Positions 59,376 through 64,000 of a stretch of 64,000 nt of DNA are shown here, piece after piece (position 1 is the stretch's first letter; each line of letters opens with the position of its first letter). The DNA comes from the human T2T-CHM13v2.0 reference genome, Homo sapiens. The position numbers were made by a program, and so were the translations under genes. Under the pieces are notes generated by a model that was given only the letters and a program-made list of their open reading frames with translations, was not told the DNA's origin and did not search any database. The stretch is from NCBI RefSeq assembly GCF_009914755.1, contig NC_060928.1. One strand, written 5' to 3'.

Positions 59376-61672
59376 TAATATGGTTTGGCTGTGTCCCCAC
59401 CCAAATCTTATCTTGAATTCCCACATGTTGTGAGAGGATCCCGGTGGGAGGCAATTGAATCATGGGGGCAAATCTTTTCCATGATGTTCTCATGACCGTG
59501 AATAAGACTCATGAGATCTGATGGTTTCAAAAAGGGAAATTCCCTTTCACAAGCTCCTCTCTTTGCCTGCTGCCATCCTCGTAAGATGTGACTTGCTCCT
59601 CCTTGCCTTCCACCATGATTGTGAGGCTTCCTTAGCCACATGGAACTGTAAGTCCAATAAACCTCTTTCTTTTGTAAATTGCCCAGTCTCAGGTATGTCT
59701 TTATCAGCAGCATGAAAATGGACTAATACAGTAAATTGGTACCAATAGACTGGGGCACTGCTGAAAAGATACCCAAAAATGTGAAAGTGACTTTGGAACT
59801 GGGTAACAGGCAGAGGTTGGAACAGTTTGGAGGGCTCAGAAGAAGATAGGAAAATGTGGGAAAGTTTGGAACTTCATTGAGACTTGTTGAATGGCTTTAA
59901 CCAAAACCCTGATAGTGGCATGGACAATAAGGTCCAGGCTGAGGTGTTCTCACATAGAGATGAGGGACTTGTTAAGAAATGGAGCAAAGGCGACTCTTGT
60001 TATGTTTTAGCAGAGACTGGGCATTTTGCCCTTGCCCTAGAGATTTCTGGAACTTTGAAATTGAGAGAGATGATTTAGGGTATCTGGTGGAAGAAATTTC
60101 TAAGCAGCAAAGCATTCAAGATATGACTTGGGTGTTGTTAAAGGCATTGAGTTTTAAAAGGGAAACAGAGCATAAAAGTTCAGAAATTTGCAGCCTGACA
60201 ATGCAACAGAAAATAAAATCCCATTTTCTGAGAGGAAATTCAAGCCTGCTGCAAAAATTTGCATAAGTAATGAGGAGCTGAATGTTAATCCATAAGACAA
60301 TGGGGAAAATGTCTCCAGGGCATGTCAGAGGTCTTCATGGCAGCCCCTCCCATCATAGGCCCAGAAGCCTAGGAGGAAAAAGTGGTTTTGTGGGCCAGGT
60401 GCAGGGTCCGCCTGCTGTGTGCATCCTAGGGACTTGGTGCCCTGCGTCCCAGCCGCTCCAGCCATGGCTGAAAGGGGCCACCATAGAGCTTGGGCCATGG
60501 CTTCAGAGGCTTACACCCTCTGAAGCTTCCACATGGCAGTTTGGCAGCTTCCACATGGTGTTCAGCCTGCGAGTGCACAGAAGTCAAGAACTGGGGTTTG
60601 GGAACCTCTGCCTAGATTTCAGAGGATGTATGGAAACCCCTGGGTGTCCAGGCAGTAGTTTGCTGCTGGGTCAGGGCTGTCATGGAGAACCTCTGCTTAG
60701 GGCAGTGCAGAAGGGAAAAGTGGGGTTGGAGTCCCCACACAGAGTCCTTTCTGGGGCACCACCTGGTGGAGCTGTGAGAAGAGGACCAACATCCTCCAGA
60801 ATGATAGGTCCACTGACAGCTTGCACCATGCACCTGGAAAAGCCACAGACAATGCCAGCCTGTGAAGGCAGCTGGGAGGGAGGCTGTACCCTGCGAAGCC
60901 ACAGGGGTGGAACTGCCCAAGACCATGGGAACCCCCCTCTTGTATCAGCATGACATGGATGTGAGACATGGAGTCAAAGGAGATCATTTTGGATCTTTAA
61001 GATTTAACTGCCCCGCTGGATTTCGGACTTGCATGGGGCCTGTAGCCCCTTTGTTTTGGCCAAATTGTCCCATTTGGAATGGCTGTATTTACCCAATGCC
61101 TGTACCCACATTGTATCTAGGAAGCAACTAACCTACTTTTGATTTTACAGGCTTATAGGAGGAAGTGACTTGCCTTGTCTCAAATGAGTCTTTGGACTGT
61201 GGACTTTTGAGTTAATGTTGAAATGAGTTAAGACTTTGGGGGACTGTTGGGAAGGCATGATTTGTTTTGAAATGTGAGGATGTGAGATTTGGGAGGGGCC
61301 AGGGGCTGAAACCCAAATTCAGGTTTTGGCTGTGTGCCCACACAAATCTCATCTTGAATTCCCACATGTTATGGGAGGGACCTGGTGGGAGGTGACTGAA
61401 TCATGAGGGAAAGTGTTTCCCATGCTGTTCTTGTGACAGTGAATAAGTTTCATGAGATCTGATGGCTTTAAAAAGAGCTTGTCGCCTGCACAAGCTTTTC
61501 TCTTTGCCTGCCATCATCCACGTAAGATGTGACTTGCTTCTCCTTGCTGTCCGCCATGAATGTGAGGCTTCCCCAGCCACGTGGAACTATAAGTCCAATT
61601 TTACCTCTTTCTTTTGTAAATTGTCCAGTCTCGGGTATGTCTTTATCAGTCACGTGAAAATGGACTAATACA
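59376..61672 (+). mobile_element. Full-length THE1A element (LTR 59376-59730, internal 59731-~61310, LTR ~61311-61672)
   Basis: Two THE1A-type LTRs flanking MaLR internal sequence (gtaaattggtacc...gggaggggccagggg); perfect TSD cctac. Confidence 0.93.
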
Positions 61673-62145
61673 CCTACTCTCTCTATGCTCTCTTCATTTT
61701 TCTCTCTTTCATTTCCCCATCTCCTCCAAAGAGCGAAGCGGAATTATCTCCTTGTTTTCTACAGAGCATTTGTGATCATGATGGATCTTTTTTAACTTAA
61801 ATGTAACTTAGACATCTCTTCCTCCATTTCAAATATTTACCTTTTTTTTCCCCCAATGAAGTCAGCTCTCTCCCTAAAGAGAATTCTGATGCCAGGTGGT
61901 TCAGATAAAAATATCTTCTACTTTCCAACATAAAATATAAAGCATTTCTAAAAAGGATACCAGTGCTTAAAGTCCTAGAGATTGAAAACAGGACAACACT
62001 GCCACTATTGATAAGTTAATTCTGCATAGCAGTGAGAATCGATGACAGTGTTGACTCTGTTGGAGTGCAGCATGCTGTCTATTAAAGGCTGAAATATTGG
62101 ACTTCTCTCTCCAGCCAAGGAAGGTCGTTACTGTGGGGCTTATTC

Positions 62146-62879
62146 TGTAACTGCCCAATGGGTTCACCTTGCCAGCTGCCTAGGCAGAGCTGATTTATCA
62201 AGACAGGGAAACTGCAATGAAGAAAGAGTAATTCACACAGAGCCGGCTGTGCGGGAGACCAGAGGAGTTTTATTATTACTCAAATTAGTCTCCCTGAGCA
62301 TTTGGGGATCAGAGTTTTTAAAGATAAATTGGTGGGTAGGGGCTCAGGAAGTAGGGAGTGCTGATTGGTCAGGTTAGAGATGAAATTATAGGGGGGTTCA
62401 AAATGAGGTTTTCTTGCTGTCTTCTGTTCGTGGGTGGGATCACAGAATTGGTTGACCCAGATTACGGGTCTGGGTGATGTCAGATGATCCATCGAGTGCA
62501 AGGTCTGCAAAATATCTCAAACACTGATCTTAGGTTTTACAATAGTGATGTTATCCCCGGGAGCAATTTGGGGAGGTTCAGACTCTTGCAGCCAGAGGCT
62601 GCATGACCCCTAAACTGTAATTTCTAATCTTGCAGCTAATTTGTTAGTCCTGCAAAGGCAGACTGGTCCCCAGGCAAGAAAGGGGTCTTTATGGGAAAGG
62701 GCTATTATCAACTTTGTTTCAGAGTCAAACCATAAACTAAATTATTACCCAAGGTTAGTTCAGCCTATGCCCAGGAATGAACAAGGACAGCTTAAAGATT
62801 AGAAGCAAGATGGAATTGGTTAGGTCTGATCTCTATCACTGTCATTTCCTCAGTTATAATTTTTGCAAAGGTGGTTTCA
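62146..62879 (-). mobile_element. LTR8/LTR8A (ERV1) solo LTR
   Basis: tgtaactgcccaatgggttcaccttgcc...ttttgcaaaggtggtttca; perfect 4-bp TSD attc. Confidence 0.9.
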
Positions 62880-63017
62880 ATTCAACTGAGCATGCTCCCA
62901 GTATCTTGCACCTCCACTTTGAGATGATACTTAAACCCCAGAGAAAAGCCATCTGCCTCAACCAGCTGCACCTAAGACCCTGCCCTGAGCTTGATCAGCC
63001 ATGAAGTGCTCACCAGA

Positions 63018-63393
63018 TGTCATGCCAGGCCCCTATTGACTCCGATAGGGATGGCACCATACCCTAGAGGGCAAATAAGAGACCTGGAGACAATGAATGA
63101 GACATAGGGTTTATCAGGGAAACTCCATACAGGAATGGCCCAGTGGTGGCAAGCTGGACAGTAGCACCATTACTGTTTATAAAAAGCATGCAGTTTATAC
63201 AGCATTTTCACTTAGGACCCTCCTCTCAGCAACCTCCATTTAACCCAAAACAAAGGGCTTCAATCCCTTCGATCTCTGGGTTGGCCACTCCTGGATTCCT
63301 TAGCTTGGAACTCCAAACACACATGCTTCTTAGACCCTAAAATCATTCTCAGGGTATGTTTAAATTATTGTTGTAAGGTGCATCTGCCATATA
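63018..63393 (-). mobile_element. ERVL-class solo LTR (LTR18/32/47-like, uncertain)
   Basis: ggttggccactcctggattccttagcttggaactccaaacac...cattctcagggtatg...ggtgcatctgccatata; 5-bp TSD ccaga/ccagg. Confidence 0.65.
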
Positions 63394-63601
63394 CCAGGTA
63401 AAAACATGAGAATCTGTACCACACTGGGCTCAGAAAGTTCGTGTGTTCAGCCAGCAGAGGTCGGCTGACAAGACCATCTCAACCTTGGCTTGGAAAAGCT
63501 CAAGACAGTTAGTGGCTTCCTCAGAAATATGAATCTGTGTGTTCTCTACCAAGCAATAATTGAGATTACTAGGAATAATTGAGAATGTACTTCCTGATGA
63601 A

Positions 63602-64000
63602 TGAGGGAGTACAGGGAACTTCACCTTAAAATTTGGCTCCCTGGTGTAAGGAATGAATTAAAGTCCCTTAGAGGTCAGCAAAAGCTGGAAGAGACTTTTT
63701 CTCTAGCTACATAAGGACAGGACAGACCCACCAAGGAGAATAATGGTTTTTCCTTTCCTTCCCTGTTATCTCATTATCTTTTGCAGAAAAGAAGATCACA
63801 AATGTAACCGCACCTGAACAGACTCTTTCACAAGATAATAACTGTCTCTCAGGCTCATTCTGTTTTCAAAGAGAACCATTTACAAGTTAATCTCCACTCC
63901 CATCCATTCATTCTCCCTAGTAATCATGTACTGCCCCTAAACAGAATTACCTATATTCCCCATCTCTCCCCCAGCCTCTGAAATAAGGCTATATAAGTAT
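63602..64000 (+). mobile_element. MER34-family ERV1 LTR, cut by window edge
   Basis: tgagggag...ttcaccttaaaatttggctccctggtgtaag start; ctatataag TATA-like at the end. Confidence 0.6.

Noticed and set aside
59627-59639. PRDM9 13-mer (CCNCCNTNNCCNC) hotspot motif in THE1 LTRs
   Set aside because: None of the THE1 copies has the full motif: cttccttagccac here, cttccccagccac in the 3' LTR, and cctccccagccac in the THE1B at ~55841-55853.
60282-60953. 223-aa ORF
   Set aside because: Lies in the THE1A internal region; no recognisable gag/pol/env domain; ordinary decayed MaLR sequence.

Overview
Human (primate) non-coding DNA, very repeat-dense. An AluYb8, a human-specific subfamily, is present. 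I find no credible protein-coding exon, RNA gene, CpG island or CRISPR array; the supplied ORFs I could trace come from Alu, LTR, L2 or microsatellite sequence, and none of the rest resembles a protein I recognise. The window holds about 31 Alu copies or fragments, many MaLR LTRs (THE1, MST, MLT1) including one full LTR-internal-LTR THE1A, ERV1/ERVL solo LTRs (MER41, LTR8, LTR28-like, MLT2, MER34-like), old L1/L2/MIR fragments and DNA-transposon fossils (Charlie, MER58, MER5, MER91, MADE1). Many still show target-site duplications (TSDs). The most unusual structure is a ~475 bp insertion at 39861-40336 that splits a MIR. It is a rearranged copy, part inverted and part forward, of sequence ~1.7 kb away (42015-42471) and includes non-repeat DNA, forming a long imperfect inverted repeat with twin-priming-like geometry. 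Other notable items are a readable hAT transposase fossil, a young possibly polymorphic AluYb8, a MER41 with altered STAT sites and a 17-bp tandem array of forkhead motifs. Subfamily names come from recalled consensus sequences, not from a RepeatMasker run. I see no evidence for a new gene system.
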